The notes beneath the pieces are model-generated. The model was not told the DNA's origin and did no database searches. It was given only the letters and a program-made list of their open reading frames with translations. A program made the translations under genes and the position numbers. A stretch of 45,708 nt of DNA from an uncultured Actinomycetales bacterium (GTDB lineage Bacteria > Actinomycetota > Actinomycetes > CAXTBU01). The stretch spans positions 5,015-50,722 of the forward strand of contig CAXTBU010000009.1 in NCBI GenBank assembly GCA_964242885.1. Reading direction: 5' to 3'. Positions 1 through 10,035 of the stretch are shown here, piece after piece (the stretch's first letter is position 1; every line of letters starts with the position of its first letter).

Positions 1-60
1 GTCTCGCCGATCGCAGAGTCGTCGGTAGCGGTCTCGCCGATCACAGAGTCGTCGGCGTCC
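1..60. repeat. 30-bp imperfect tandem repeat in the rplQ tail
   Basis: gtctcgccgatcgcagagtcgtcggtagcg / gtctcgccgatcacagagtcgtcggcgtcc. Confidence 0.8.
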
Positions 61-578
61 GCCTCGTCCTGCACCGGGTCGGTCCCGACCTCGTCCGCCG
101 GCTCCGCGGGCGCGGGCGCGGGCACGGTGACCGGGACGTCGACGGCGGGGGCCGACGTCGCTGCCCGGTCCCGGGATGCGCGACGGGTCGCGCCCTCGGC
201 CTCGGACAGGACCTGCTCGGCCAGCGGCTCGACCAGCTCGATGACGGCCATCGGCGCGTTGTCGCCCTTGCGCGGGCCGATCTTGGTGATACGGGTGTAG
301 CCGCCCGGGCGGGTGGCGAACCGCGGGCCGATCTCGGTGAACAGCACGTGGACGACGCTCTTGTCGGTGACGATCTGCATCACCTGGCGACGGGCGTGCA
401 GGTCACCGCGCTTCGCCTTGGTGATCAGCCGCTCGGCGTACGGACGCAGCCGGCGGGCCTTGGCGTGCGTGGTCTTGATCGCGCCGTGCTCGAACAGCGC
501 GGTCGCCAGGTTCGCGAGGATGTGGCGTTCGTGGGCGGGGCTGCCGCCCAGGCGGGCGCCCTTGGTGGGGGTGGGCAT
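1..578 (-). CDS. rplQ: 50S ribosomal protein L17, 3' end outside window; long acidic C-terminal tail
   Basis: Manual translation from ATG at 578: [56 protein letters not shown]...[25 protein letters not shown]; follows rpoA; no stop in window, so absent from the ORF track. Confidence 0.97.
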   Translation of the reverse strand, partial: MPTPTKGARLGGSPAHERHILANLATALFEHGAIKTTHAKARRLRPYAERLITKAKRGDLHARRQVMQIVTDKSVVHVLFTEIGPRFATRPGGYTRITKIGPRKGDNAPMAVIELVEPLAEQVLSEAEGATRRASRDRAATSAPAVDVPVTVPAPAPAEPADEVGTDPVQDEADADDSVIGETATDDSAIGE

Positions 579-754
579 TGGTGCTCTCCTCGCTGGTCGT
601 CCGGTCCCGGGCCGGTCAGGTACCCGAGCCGGTCAGGCCCCGGCACACCCGCTCGCGCAGGGGTGTCGGCGGACCCGACTGGTGTGCCGTCCCGGCCGGT
701 CGGCCGGGACGGCTGGGGTTCGGTGCGGTCGCACCTCGCCCCGGGGTCGAACCG

Positions 755-1765
755 TCAGTACTGCTCGGTCTCGACGAAGTTGTCGTCCTCGTCGTAGTAG
801 TCGGCCACCTGCGTCGGGTCGAACCCGGGCGGGCTGTCCTTGAGCTGCAGGCCCATGGTCTGCAGCTTGGCCTTGACCTCGTCGATCGACTTGGCGCCGA
901 AGTTGCGGATGTCGAGCAGGTCCGCCTCGGACCGGCCCAGCAGCTCACCGACCGTGTGGATGCCCTCGCGCTTGAGGCAGTTGTAGGACCGCACCGTCAG
1001 CTGCAGCTCCTCGATGGGCAGCGCCAGGTCGGCGGCCATCTGCGCGTCGACCGGGCTCGGGCCGATCTCGATGCCCTCCGCCTCGATGTTGAGCTCGCGG
1101 GCCAGGCCGAACAGGCCGACCAGCGTCGTGCCGGCAGACGCGAGGGCGTCCCGCGGACGGATCGACGGCTTGGTCTCCACATCGACGACCAGCCGGTCGA
1201 AGTCGGTGCGCTGCTCGACCCGGGTCGCCTCGACCTTGTAGGTCACCTTCAGCACCGGGGAGTAGATCGAGTCGACCGGGATGCGGCCGATCTCCTGGTC
1301 GGCGCTGCGGTTCTGCACCGCCGACACGTAGCCGCGGCCACGCTCGACGGTCAGCTCGATCTCGAGGCGGCCGTCGGTGTTCAGCGTCGCGAGCTTGAGG
1401 TCGGGGTTGTGCACCTCGACACCGGCGGGCGGCGCGATGTCCGCCGCGGTCACGTCGCCCGGGCCCTGCTTGCGCAGGTACATGGTGACGGGCTCGTCCT
1501 CCTCGGAGCTGACGACCAGCTCCTTGAGGTTCAGGACGATCTCGGTGACGTCCTCCTTGACACCGGGGATGGTGCTGAACTCGTGCAGCACGCCCTCGAC
1601 GCGGATGGACGTGACCGCCGCACCCGGGATGGACGAGAGCAGCGTGCGGCGCAGCGAGTTGCCGATGGTGTAGCCGAAGCCGGGCTCGAGCGGCTCGAGG
1701 ACGAAGCGGGACCGGTAGGTGTCGACCTGGTCCTCGGTGAGCGTGGGGCGCTGTGCGATGAGCAC
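755..1765 (-). CDS. rpoA: RNA polymerase subunit alpha
   Basis: [34 protein letters not shown]; [22 protein letters not shown]; GTG start. Confidence 0.99.
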   Translation of the reverse strand: MLIAQRPTLTEDQVDTYRSRFVLEPLEPGFGYTIGNSLRRTLLSSIPGAAVTSIRVEGVLHEFSTIPGVKEDVTEIVLNLKELVVSSEEDEPVTMYLRKQGPGDVTAADIAPPAGVEVHNPDLKLATLNTDGRLEIELTVERGRGYVSAVQNRSADQEIGRIPVDSIYSPVLKVTYKVEATRVEQRTDFDRLVVDVETKPSIRPRDALASAGTTLVGLFGLARELNIEAEGIEIGPSPVDAQMAADLALPIEELQLTVRSYNCLKREGIHTVGELLGRSEADLLDIRNFGAKSIDEVKAKLQTMGLQLKDSPPGFDPTQVADYYDEDDNFVETEQY

Positions 1766-1894
1766 GGGTACTTCCCTTCAGCGGCGACCTGCATATGACG
1801 CCGCGACACAACGGACGGGCCGACGGGTGCGTCGGCCCGGGGGTCGGGCCCGGCCGCGCCCCCGGGGTGGGGGGGGGCGGGCCGGGACGACGAC

Positions 1895-2503
1895 TCACTT
1901 GGAGTAGAACTCGACGATCAGCTGCTCCTGGACGGGGGTGTCGATCTGCTCCCGGGTGGGCAGCTGGTGCACGAGGATCTGCATGCTGCTCGGGACGATC
2001 TCCAGCCAGGCCGGGGTCGGCCGCTCGCCGAGGGTCTCCTTGGCGATGATGAACGGCGTCGTCTCCAGGGACTTGGCCTTGACGTCGATGACGTCGTGGG
2101 CCTTGACCGAGAAGCTGGGGACGTTGACCCGCTGGCCGTTCACCGTGAAGTGGCCGTGCACGACCAGCTGGCGGGCGTGGCGCCGCGTCCGGGCGATGCC
2201 AGCGCGGTAGACGACGTTGTCCAGACGTGACTCGAGACGCTGCAGCAGCAGGTCACCGGTCTTCGCGCCCTTGATCTTCTTGGCCTGGTCGTAGTACCGG
2301 CGGAACTGCTTGTCCAGCACGCCGTAGGTGAACCGGGCCTTCTGCTTCTCGCGGAGCTGGAGCAGGTACTCCTTCTCCTTGACGCGTCCGCGGCCGTGCT
2401 CGCCCGGCGGGTACGGGCGGCGCTCGAACGCCTTGTCGCCCCCGACCAGGTCGATGCCCAGGCGGCGGGACTTCTTGGTGGCGGGTCCTGTGTAACGGGC
2501 CAT
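1895..2503 (-). CDS. rpsD: 30S ribosomal protein S4
   Basis: MARYTGP..LESRLDNVVYR..EQLIVEFYSK. Confidence 0.99.
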   Translation of the reverse strand: MARYTGPATKKSRRLGIDLVGGDKAFERRPYPPGEHGRGRVKEKEYLLQLREKQKARFTYGVLDKQFRRYYDQAKKIKGAKTGDLLLQRLESRLDNVVYRAGIARTRRHARQLVVHGHFTVNGQRVNVPSFSVKAHDVIDVKAKSLETTPFIIAKETLGERPTPAWLEIVPSSMQILVHQLPTREQIDTPVQEQLIVEFYSK

Positions 2504-2516
2504 GTCGTCCTCTCCC

Positions 2517-2930
2517 TCAGACCCGGCGGCGCTTCGGCGGGCGGCAGCCGTTGTGCGGCACCGGCGTGACGTCCTGGATGGTGCCGACCTCGAGGCCGGT
2601 CGCGGTCAGCGAGCGGATCGCCGTCTCGCGGCCGGACCCGGGGCCCTTGACGAACACGTCGACCTTGCGCATCCCGTGCTCCATCGCCCGGCGAGCAGCG
2701 GCCTCGGCGGCCATCTGGGCGGCGAACGGCGTGGACTTGCGGGAGCCCTTGAAGCCGACCTGGCCGGAGCTGGCCCAGGACACGACGGCGCCCTGCGGGT
2801 CGGTGATCGAGATGATCGTGTTGTTGAACGTGCTCTTGATGTGCGCGTGCCCGTGGGCGACGTTCTTGCGTTCCTTGCGGCGGACCTTCTTGACGGCCCC
2901 GGAGGCCGTGCGTGTCCTGCTGGGCGGCAT
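2517..2930 (-). CDS. rpsK: 30S ribosomal protein S11
   Basis: [37 protein letters not shown]; start moved to ATG 2930 (MPPSR). Confidence 0.98.
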   Translation of the reverse strand: MPPSRTRTASGAVKKVRRKERKNVAHGHAHIKSTFNNTIISITDPQGAVVSWASSGQVGFKGSRKSTPFAAQMAAEAAARRAMEHGMRKVDVFVKGPGSGRETAIRSLTATGLEVGTIQDVTPVPHNGCRPPKRRRV

Positions 2931-3030
2931 GTGTCGGGTGCTCCTGCTTCGTGGTCGAGGGTGGTCGCGCAGTGCCGTTCCGGTCGCACCGGGAACCGAC
3001 TCGTCGGCGGGTCCGGGCGGACCCGGGCGG

Positions 3031-3411
3031 CTACTTGCGCGGGGTCTTCTTCTTGCCGGCGACGGCCTTGCGCGGGCCCTTGCGGGTGCGCGCGTTGGTC
3101 TGGGTGCGCTGCCCACGGACCGGCAGGTGCCGGCGGTGGCGGAGCCCCTGGTAGCTGCCGATCTCCACCTTGCGGCGGATGTCGGCGGCGACCTCGCGGC
3201 GCAGGTCGCCCTCGATCTTGAAGTTGCCCTCGATGTACTCGCGGAGCAGGAGCAGGTCCTCGTCGGACACGTCGCGGACGCGGACGTCCGGACTCACGCC
3301 AGTTGCGGCCAGGAGCTCGGTGGCCCTGGTCCGGCCGACGCCGTAGATGTAGGTGAGGGCGATCTCCAGGCGCTTTTCGCGCGGGAGGTCGACCCCGGCA
3401 AGGCGTGCCAT
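3031..3411 (-). CDS. rpsM: 30S ribosomal protein S13
   Basis: [31 protein letters not shown]; ATG at 3411. Confidence 0.98.
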   Translation of the reverse strand: MARLAGVDLPREKRLEIALTYIYGVGRTRATELLAATGVSPDVRVRDVSDEDLLLLREYIEGNFKIEGDLRREVAADIRRKVEIGSYQGLRHRRHLPVRGQRTQTNARTRKGPRKAVAGKKKTPRK

Positions 3412-3435
3412 CAGGTGGCTGTTCCCCTCGGGTTC

Positions 3436-3500
3436 CCGGAGGTTTACCGACGCGCGACGTCCCGCCGACGGGCGGGCCCCGGCCTCCGGGCCGGGGGTGG
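3436..3500 (-). promoter_or_regulatory. Candidate structured leader (hairpin/pseudoknot) upstream of rpsM
   Basis: CCCCGGC-CCGGAG-GCCGGGG stem whose loop is complementary to CCUCCGG about 25 nt before the start codon; second hairpin CCCGCC-CGUC-GGCGGG. Confidence 0.5.
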
Positions 3501-3568
3501 ACACCGCCCGGCGGACCGGGCGGCGCTGTCAGTGCGTCTTGGGTCGTGCGGTGGACCTGGTGGTTCCC

Positions 3569-3607
3569 TGGAGCTGTTCCGTGCGGTGGAGCTGTTCCGT
3601 GCGGTGG
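3569..3607. repeat. 18-bp perfect tandem duplication, rpmJ-rpsM spacer
   Basis: tggagctgttccgtgcgg x2 + tgg. Confidence 0.9.
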
Positions 3608-3622
3608 TGCTGGAGCGGTCGG

Positions 3623-3736
3623 TCAGCCCTGGCGCTGCTTGTGGCGCACGTTCTCGCAGATGACCATGACGCGACCGCTGCGGCGGATCACGCGGCACTT
3701 GTCGCAGATCGGCTTGACGCTCGGCTTGACCTTCAT
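3623..3736 (-). CDS. rpmJ: 50S ribosomal protein L36 (zinc-binding form)
   Basis: [37 protein letters not shown], 37 aa, CxxC..C..H. Confidence 0.98.
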   Translation of the reverse strand: MKVKPSVKPICDKCRVIRRSGRVMVICENVRHKQRQG

Positions 3737-3788
3737 CGCGTGAGTCCTCGGTTCGGTGCTGGTTCGGGAGGAGAGCCGAGGTGCCGGC

Positions 3789-4010
3789 TCACTTGTAGCG
3801 GTAGACGATGCGCCCGCGGGTGAGGTCGTACGGCGAGAGCTCGACGACCACACGGTCCTCGGGCAGGATCCGGATGTAGTGCTGGCGCATCTTCCCGCTG
3901 ATGTGCGCGAGCACCTTGTGGCCGTTGGCCAGCTCGACCCGGAACGTCGCGTTGGGCAGCGACTCCACGACCTGGCCCTCGAGTTCGAGTACGCCTTCCT
4001 TCTTCGGCAT
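3789..4010 (-). CDS. infA: Translation initiation factor IF-1
   Basis: [45 protein letters not shown]; GGAGG RBS before ATG 4010. Confidence 0.98.
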   Translation of the reverse strand: MPKKEGVLELEGQVVESLPNATFRVELANGHKVLAHISGKMRQHYIRILPEDRVVVELSPYDLTRGRIVYRYK

Positions 4011-4125
4011 GTCCTCCGCAATCACTGTGCTCGGTTGATCTGATCCGACCGGCGACGGTCGGGCCCGCCGGTCGAGATCGACCCGCGGACGTCGGACTGT
4101 CGCCCAGGACCGGGCAGCCCTGTCA

Positions 4126-4176
4126 CACGATCAACACAGGGCCACGATCAGCACAGGGCCATGAACAGCACTGGGC
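4126..4176. repeat. 17-bp imperfect tandem repeat x3 in the infA leader
   Basis: cacgatcaacacagggc / cacgatcagcacagggc / catgaacagcactgggc. Confidence 0.85.
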
Positions 4177-4200
4177 CGCGACCGGTCAGGCCGACCCCCT

Positions 4201-4206
4201 ACCTTA
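4201..4206 (-). promoter_or_regulatory. Putative -10 element (TAAGGT) for the infA/alpha operon
   Basis: TANNNT hexamer in the intergenic region upstream of infA. Confidence 0.45.
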
Positions 4207-4299
4207 CGTCAAGGCGCAGGCATCGGCCGCCCGTCGGCACCTGTCGGAGCCGGACTCCGACGCGGACCGCATCGCGGTCGGACTCGTTCCAGGCTGCAC

Positions 4300-4749
4300 T
4301 CAGCGAGGCAGTTCCGGGCGCCCGTCGCGGCGCGCGGCGGCGGTTCGCCCGGCCAGCCCGATCCCCCACGGGACGAGGACGAACAGCGGCCAGAAGAAGA
4401 CCAGGCTGCCGCTGCCGATGCACGAGATGAGCCAGACCGCCAGGCAGATGGCGTTCACGCTGGCCCAGCCGGCCCACTGCTGCCGCAGCGGCGCCTCGCT
4501 ACCGCGCCCGGAGTCGGCGGGGTGCGCTCCGCTGGGCGACCGGACTGCCGGAGCCAGCGGCCGCGGTGGGGGCAGCGGCAGGTCGGCGGTGAACGCCGCC
4601 AGGTCACCGCGGGTCTTCGCCTGCAGCACCCGGTCGAGCCGGTCGGCGAACTCGTCGGCGGCCAGCCGGCCCTCGGCGTAGGCGACGCGAAGCCGCTCGG
4701 CGACGACGTCGCGCTCGGCATCGGAGGCCCGGATCCCGCTGTCGGTCAT
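4300..4749 (-). CDS. DUF1707 (SHOCT-like) domain membrane protein
   Basis: N-terminal IRASDAERDVVAERLRVAYAEGRL..EF..R..A.T..DL..DLP typical of DUF1707; C-terminal two hydrophobic segments with FFWP..PWG. Confidence 0.85.
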   Translation of the reverse strand: MTDSGIRASDAERDVVAERLRVAYAEGRLAADEFADRLDRVLQAKTRGDLAAFTADLPLPPPRPLAPAVRSPSGAHPADSGRGSEAPLRQQWAGWASVNAICLAVWLISCIGSGSLVFFWPLFVLVPWGIGLAGRTAAARRDGRPELPR

Positions 4750-4844
4750 GCGGCCAGTCTGCGCCGACCGGCGCCTCGGCGTCGACGGACCCGGCGCCGG
4801 GACGCCCTGCTCCCACCGGGGCCACGGCGAACCACCGGCACGGC

Positions 4845-5525
4845 TCAGGACAGCCCGAGCGCCTCGGCGATCCGGTCGGCGACCTCGTCGGGGCTGCCGT
4901 CCCCGTCGATGGACACCAGCAGCCCGGCCGCGGCGTAGAAGCCCACCAGCGGCGCGGTCTGCTCGCGGAAGATCTCCAGCCGGCGGCGGATGGGCTCGGG
5001 CCGATCGTCGTCGCGCTGCCCGATGAAACCGGCCTCGATGTCCGCCGCCGGTGGCGGATCGGTCTCGACGTGCCAGACCCGGCCGGTCCGGGTGTCCACC
5101 CGACGGCCGGACAGCCGCCGGACGATCTGCTCGTCGCCCAGGGTCAGCTCCACCACGGCGTCCAGACCGGCGCCGAGCCCGGTGAGGATGTCCGCCAGAG
5201 CCCGGGCCTGCTCGGGGTTGCGGGGGAAGCCGTCCAGCAGGAAGCCACCGGCGGCGTCGGGCTGGCCGAGCCGGTCGGCGACCATCGCGACCGTCACCTC
5301 GTCGGGAACCAGCTCGCCCGCGTCCATGTAGGTCTTCGCGGTCCGCCCGAGCGGGGTGTCTCCCCCGACGTTGGCCCGGAAGATGTCACCGGTCGACACG
5401 GCCGGGATGCCGAGCCGCGCGGCCAGCCGAGCGCCCTGGGTGCCCTTGCCGGCGCCCTGGGGACCGAGCACGACCAACCGCCGCGGACCGCCCGCGGGCG
5501 GGTCCGCCGTTGCCGGACCGGTCAC
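4845..5525 (-). CDS. adk: Adenylate kinase
   Basis: GPQGAGKGTQ P-loop, STGDIFR, LVPD, GFLLDGFPR; GTG at 5525 overlaps the secY stop (GTGA). Confidence 0.96.
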   Translation of the reverse strand: MTGPATADPPAGGPRRLVVLGPQGAGKGTQGARLAARLGIPAVSTGDIFRANVGGDTPLGRTAKTYMDAGELVPDEVTVAMVADRLGQPDAAGGFLLDGFPRNPEQARALADILTGLGAGLDAVVELTLGDEQIVRRLSGRRVDTRTGRVWHVETDPPPAADIEAGFIGQRDDDRPEPIRRRLEIFREQTAPLVGFYAAAGLLVSIDGDGSPDEVADRIAEALGLS

Positions 5526-6820
5526 CGGAGGAAGCCCTCGTAGCTGCGCTGCTGCATCTGGGACTGGATCTGCTTGACCGTGTCCAGGCCGACGCCGACG
5601 ACGATCAGCAGCGTGGTGCCGCCGAACGGGAAGTTCTGGTCGGCCCCGATCAGCACGTAGGCGATCAGCGGGATCAGCGCGACGATGCCCAGGTAGAGCG
5701 AGCCGGGCGCGGTGATCCGGGACAGGACGTAGTCCAGGTACTCCTCGGTCGGTCGGCCGGCGCGCACGCCGGGGACGAATCCGCCGTACTTCTTCATGTT
5801 GTCGGCGATCTCCTTCGGGTCGAAGGTGATCGCGACGTAGAAGTAGGTGAAGAAGATGATGAGCAGGAACTGCGCGGCCATGTAGAGCGGGTGGTCCCCG
5901 CGGACCAGGTACTCCGAGATCCACGCCGCCCACCGGGACGTCGGGTTGAACTGGGACACCAGGGCCGGGACGTAGAGCAGGCTGGAGGCGAAGATCACCG
6001 GAATGACGCCGGCCTGGTTGATCTTCAGCGGGATGTAGGTGGAGCTCCCGCCGTACATCCGGCGCCCGATCATCCGCTTGGCGTAGGTCACCGGAATCCT
6101 CCGCTGGGACTGCTCCACGAAGATGACCAGCGCGGTGACGACCAGCCCGACGGCGAGCACCGCGATCAGCAGCAGCCAGCCGTTCGACGTGGCCTGGGTC
6201 TTGACCCGCCACAGGCTCTGCGGGAACGTCGCGGCGATCGAGGTGAAGATCAGGATGGACATGCCGTTGCCGATGCCCCGGTCGGTGATGAGCTCACCGA
6301 GCCACATGACCAGCGACGTGCCGGCGGTCATCACGACGACCATCGTCACCGTCGCGAACAGGCCGCGGTCGGGGACGATCTGCTCCTGGCAGCCGGGGAA
6401 GAGGTTCCCCGTGCGGGCCAGCGCGATGATCCCGGTGGACTGCAGGATTGCCAGGCCGATGGTCAGGTACCGCGTGTACTGGGTGATCTTGGCGGTGCCG
6501 GACTGGCCCTCCTTCTTCAGCGTCTCCAGCCGCGGGATCACCACCGTCAGCAGCTGCAGGATGATCGAGGCCGTGATGTACGGCATGATCCCGAGCGCGA
6601 AGATGGACAGCTGCAGCAGCGCGCCGCCGGAGAACAGGTTGACCAGCCCGTAGAGGTTGGATCCCTGCACGTCGGCCAGACAGGCCTGCACCGCCGCGGA
6701 GTCGACGCCCGGCGTCGGGACGGTCGACCCGACGCGGAACAGGATGATGACCCCCAGCGTGAAGAGGATCTTGTTCCGCAGCTCGCTGTTCGCGAACGTG
6801 CGGGCGATGCCGCTGAGCAT
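5522..6820 (-). CDS. secY: Preprotein translocase subunit SecY
   Basis: SIFALGIMPYITASII, WLGELIT..GIGNG.S, AGVIPVIFASS, PGVRAG; ATG 6820 with GAGGAGG RBS. Confidence 0.98.
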   Translation of the reverse strand: MLSGIARTFANSELRNKILFTLGVIILFRVGSTVPTPGVDSAAVQACLADVQGSNLYGLVNLFSGGALLQLSIFALGIMPYITASIILQLLTVVIPRLETLKKEGQSGTAKITQYTRYLTIGLAILQSTGIIALARTGNLFPGCQEQIVPDRGLFATVTMVVVMTAGTSLVMWLGELITDRGIGNGMSILIFTSIAATFPQSLWRVKTQATSNGWLLLIAVLAVGLVVTALVIFVEQSQRRIPVTYAKRMIGRRMYGGSSTYIPLKINQAGVIPVIFASSLLYVPALVSQFNPTSRWAAWISEYLVRGDHPLYMAAQFLLIIFFTYFYVAITFDPKEIADNMKKYGGFVPGVRAGRPTEEYLDYVLSRITAPGSLYLGIVALIPLIAYVLIGADQNFPFGGTTLLIVVGVGLDTVKQIQSQMQQRSYEGFLR

Positions 6821-7017
6821 TCGTCCTCCTCGTCGAGCCCGTCCCGGCCGGGCCGGTGCCGGCCGGATGGGCGTCCGGACGGGAGCCGTCCGGACAGGGC
6901 GGTCCGTTCGCACGCAACAGCCGGCCCGCCGACGAGGTTACGTCGGCGGACCGGCTCCGGTGGCTGTCCCGGCACGGACCGGACGCCGGCCGCAGCCGTG
7001 TCTCCCGTGCCGGCAGG

Positions 7018-7491
7018 TCAGACCTGCGTGGCGCTTCCGCCGGCGGCCTCGAGCTTCTCCCGCGCCGAGCCGGAGAACGCCTGGGCGCTCACCTGGAGCG
7101 CGACGGCGAGATCCCCGGTGCCGAGGACCTTGACCGGCTTGCCGCTGCGGACCGCGCCCCGGCTGACCAGGTCGGCGACCGCGACGGTCCCGCCCTCCGG
7201 GAACAGGGCCGCGAGCGTGGCCAGGTTGACCGGCTGGTACTCGGTGCGGAACGGGTTCTTGAACCCCTTGAGCTTCGGGACCCGCATCTGCAGGGGCAGC
7301 TGCCCGCCCTCGAAGCCGGCGTACACCTGGTACCGGGCCTTGGTGCCCTTGGTGCCGCGGCCGGCGGTCTTGCCCTTGGATGCCTCACCGCGCCCGACCC
7401 GGGTCTTCTTCATGTGCGCACCCGGCGCGGGGCGGAGGTCGTGGACCTTCAGCACCGAGCGCCCGGCGGTTCCGTCGATGTCCTCAGACAT
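7018..7491 (-). CDS. rplO: 50S ribosomal protein L15
   Basis: [38 protein letters not shown]. Confidence 0.98.
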   Translation of the reverse strand: MSEDIDGTAGRSVLKVHDLRPAPGAHMKKTRVGRGEASKGKTAGRGTKGTKARYQVYAGFEGGQLPLQMRVPKLKGFKNPFRTEYQPVNLATLAALFPEGGTVAVADLVSRGAVRSGKPVKVLGTGDLAVALQVSAQAFSGSAREKLEAAGGSATQV

Positions 7492-7696
7492 GGGCGTCTG
7501 CCTCCTCTGCGGTCGTGATCTCGTCGACCGTCACCAGGTGGGTGACCACGCGGACCATCCCGCGGACCTCCGGGGTGTCCGGACGGACGACCCGCTCACC
7601 GATGCGGTGCAGACCGAGCGTGCGCAGCGTCGCGCGCTGGTTGTGCTTGCCGCCGATGGACGACTTGCGCTGGGTGATCGCGAGCGCGGCGGCCAT
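7484..7696 (-). CDS. rpmD: 50S ribosomal protein L30
   Basis: [30 protein letters not shown]. Confidence 0.97.
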   Translation of the reverse strand: MAAALAITQRKSSIGGKHNQRATLRTLGLHRIGERVVRPDTPEVRGMVRVVTHLVTVDEITTAEEADAHV

Positions 7697-8298
7697 CAGG
7701 CGTTCGCCTTCGCGAGCGCCCGGGCGCGCAGCAGCGCCGGCGGCGCGACGTCCTCGATCGGCAGGCCGCGCCGGGCCGCGACCTGCTCCGGCTGCTCCAG
7801 CCGGTGCAGCGCCTCGACGGTCGCGTGCACGATGTTGATCGCGTTGGAGCTGCCGAGGCTCTTGGCCAGGACGTCGTGGACGCCCGCCGCCTCGAGCACG
7901 GCGCGCACCGGGCCGCCGGCGAGCACACCGGTACCCGGCGCGGCCGGGCGCAGCATGACGACGCCGGCAGACTTCTCGCCGATCACCGGGTGCGGGATCG
8001 TGCCGCCGATGCGCGGGACGCGGAAGAAGTGCTTCTTGGCCTCCTCGACGCCCTTGGCGATCGCCGCGGGCACCTCCTTGGCCTTGCCGTAGCCAACGCC
8101 GACGAGCCCGTCGCCGTCGCCGACGACGACCAGTGCGGTGAAGCTGAACCGCCGGCCGCCCTTGACGACCTTGGCGACGCGGTTGACGGTGACGAGGCGC
8201 TCGACGAAGGCGGTGCGCTCCGCGGCGCGACCACCGTCACGCCGTTCCCGGCGGTCGCCACCGCCGGCGCCGCTGCCGCGACGATCGGGTCCTGCCAT
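7696..8298 (-). CDS. rpsE: 30S ribosomal protein S5
   Basis: [24 protein letters not shown]; start at ATG 8298 (MAGPDRR) with GGAGAGG RBS. Confidence 0.98.
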   Translation of the reverse strand: MAGPDRRGSGAGGGDRRERRDGGRAAERTAFVERLVTVNRVAKVVKGGRRFSFTALVVVGDGDGLVGVGYGKAKEVPAAIAKGVEEAKKHFFRVPRIGGTIPHPVIGEKSAGVVMLRPAAPGTGVLAGGPVRAVLEAAGVHDVLAKSLGSSNAINIVHATVEALHRLEQPEQVAARRGLPIEDVAPPALLRARALAKANA

Positions 8299-8365
8299 CA
8301 GATCGACCTCTCCTGGTTGCGTGCGTACGGGTCCACCGAGCGGTGTCCGGCTCCGGATGCGGGCA

Positions 8366-8755
8366 TCAGAACTCGAGCCCGCCCTCGCGGGCACCGTCGG
8401 CCACTGCCGCGACCCGCCCGTGGTACTGGTTGCCGCCGCGGTCGAACACGATCGTCCCGACCCCCAGCGCCTTCGCGCGGTCGGCGACGAGCAGGCCGAC
8501 CTGCTTGGCCTTGGCGGTCTTGTCGCCCTCGGCCGTGCGCAGGTGGCCCTCCAGCGTCGACGCGCTGACCAGGGTGCGACCGACGGTGTCGTCGACCAGC
8601 TGCACGCCGATGTGGCGCGAGGAGCGGGTCACGACCAGCCGCGGTCGCTCGGTGGTGCCGGTGACCTTCTTGCGCAGCCGGAGGTGGCGGCGGTTGCGCG
8701 CCATCTCCCGACCGGCGCGGCCCGGCTTGGTGAGGTTGCTCAGACGTGAGGACAT
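8366..8755 (-). CDS. rplR: 50S ribosomal protein L18
   Basis: [37 protein letters not shown]. Confidence 0.98.
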   Translation of the reverse strand: MSSRLSNLTKPGRAGREMARNRRHLRLRKKVTGTTERPRLVVTRSSRHIGVQLVDDTVGRTLVSASTLEGHLRTAEGDKTAKAKQVGLLVADRAKALGVGTIVFDRGGNQYHGRVAAVADGAREGGLEF

Positions 8756-8758
8756 CGG

Positions 8759-9301
8759 TTACTTCCCAGCCTTTCCGACCTTGCGCCGCACGACCTCGCC
8801 GGCGTACCGCACGCCCTTGCCCTTGTAGGGCTCGGGCTTGCGCAGCTTGCGGATGTTGGCCGCGACCTCGCCGACGACCTGCTTGTCGATCCCGGACACG
8901 GTGAACCTGGTCGGCGTCTGCACCGAGAAGCTCACCCCGGCCGGCGGCCGGACCGTGATCGAGTGGCTGTACCCCAGTGCGAACTGGAGGTCCTGGCCCT
9001 GGGCGACCACGCGGTAGCCGACGCCCTGGATCTCCAGCTCACGGGTGAAGCCCTGCGTGACGCCGGTGACCATGTTGCTGACCAGCGTCCGGCTCAGCCC
9101 GTGCAGGGCCTTGCTGCGTCGCTCGTCGTCGGGGCGCGCCACGGTCAGCGTGCTGCCCGTCTCGTCGCGCTCGATGGTGATGGGGGCGGCCAGGGTGTGC
9201 TCCAGCTGCCCCTTGGGGCCCTTGACCGTCACCCGCGGTCCGTCGATGCTCACGTCCACCCCGGTGGGTACCGGGACGGGGAGCCGTCCGATTCGGGACA
9301 T
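8759..9301 (-). CDS. rplF: 50S ribosomal protein L6
   Basis: [27 protein letters not shown]. Confidence 0.99.
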   Translation of the reverse strand: MSRIGRLPVPVPTGVDVSIDGPRVTVKGPKGQLEHTLAAPITIERDETGSTLTVARPDDERRSKALHGLSRTLVSNMVTGVTQGFTRELEIQGVGYRVVAQGQDLQFALGYSHSITVRPPAGVSFSVQTPTRFTVSGIDKQVVGEVAANIRKLRKPEPYKGKGVRYAGEVVRRKVGKAGK

Positions 9302-9355
9302 CTGCTCGTTCTCTCTCTCGTGCTCGGGGTCAGTCGCTGACAGGGACGGGGTGGG

Positions 9356-9766
9356 TCACCACACCCAGGCGAGGACTTCCCCGCCCACCCGGTGCCTGGC
9401 CGCCTGCCGGTCCGTCAGCAGACCGGTCGAGGTCGAGATGATCGCGATGCCCAGTCCCCCGAGCACCCGCGGCAGCGCGGTGTACTTCGCGTAGACCCGC
9501 AGGCCCGGCTTGGAGATGCGCCGGACACCGGCCAGCGAGCGCTCACGGTTCGGGCCGTACTTGAGGTTGAGCACGAGCTTCTTGCCCACGACACCGCCGT
9601 CGGCCGGCTCCTGCACCGACCAGCCGCCGATGTAGCCCTCCTGGCGCAGGACCTCGGCGACGTTCTCCTTGATCCGCGAGTACGGCATCGACGTGGTGTC
9701 GTGGTAGGCGGAGTTGGCGTTGCGCAACCGCGTCAGCATGTCGGCGATCGGGTCGGTCATGGTCAT
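9356..9766 (-). CDS. rpsH: 30S ribosomal protein S8
   Basis: [34 protein letters not shown]. Confidence 0.99.
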   Translation of the reverse strand: MTMTDPIADMLTRLRNANSAYHDTTSMPYSRIKENVAEVLRQEGYIGGWSVQEPADGGVVGKKLVLNLKYGPNRERSLAGVRRISKPGLRVYAKYTALPRVLGGLGIAIISTSTGLLTDRQAARHRVGGEVLAWVW

Positions 9767-9847
9767 GTCGTGAACTGCCTTCCGCCACGGTTTCCGCCGG
9801 CGCGAGCCGCGGACCTGTGGTGATCGATGAGGTGGGGGTTGCTCGGA

Positions 9848-10033
9848 CTACCAGCTGGCTTTGGTGACGCCCGGGAGCTGGCCGGCGTGGGCCATCTCCC
9901 GGACGCAGATCCGGCACAGGCCGAACCGGCGGTACACGGCGTGCGGCCGCCCGCAGCGCTGGCAGCGGGTGTAGGCGCGCACGGCGAACTTCGGCTTGGC
10001 CTTGCTCTTGTTCACCAGTGCTTTCTTGGCCAT
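9848..10033 (-). CDS. rpsN: 30S ribosomal protein S14 type Z
   Basis: [40 protein letters not shown], 61 aa. Confidence 0.98.
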   Translation of the reverse strand: MAKKALVNKSKAKPKFAVRAYTRCQRCGRPHAVYRRFGLCRICVREMAHAGQLPGVTKASW

Positions 10034-10035
10034 TC

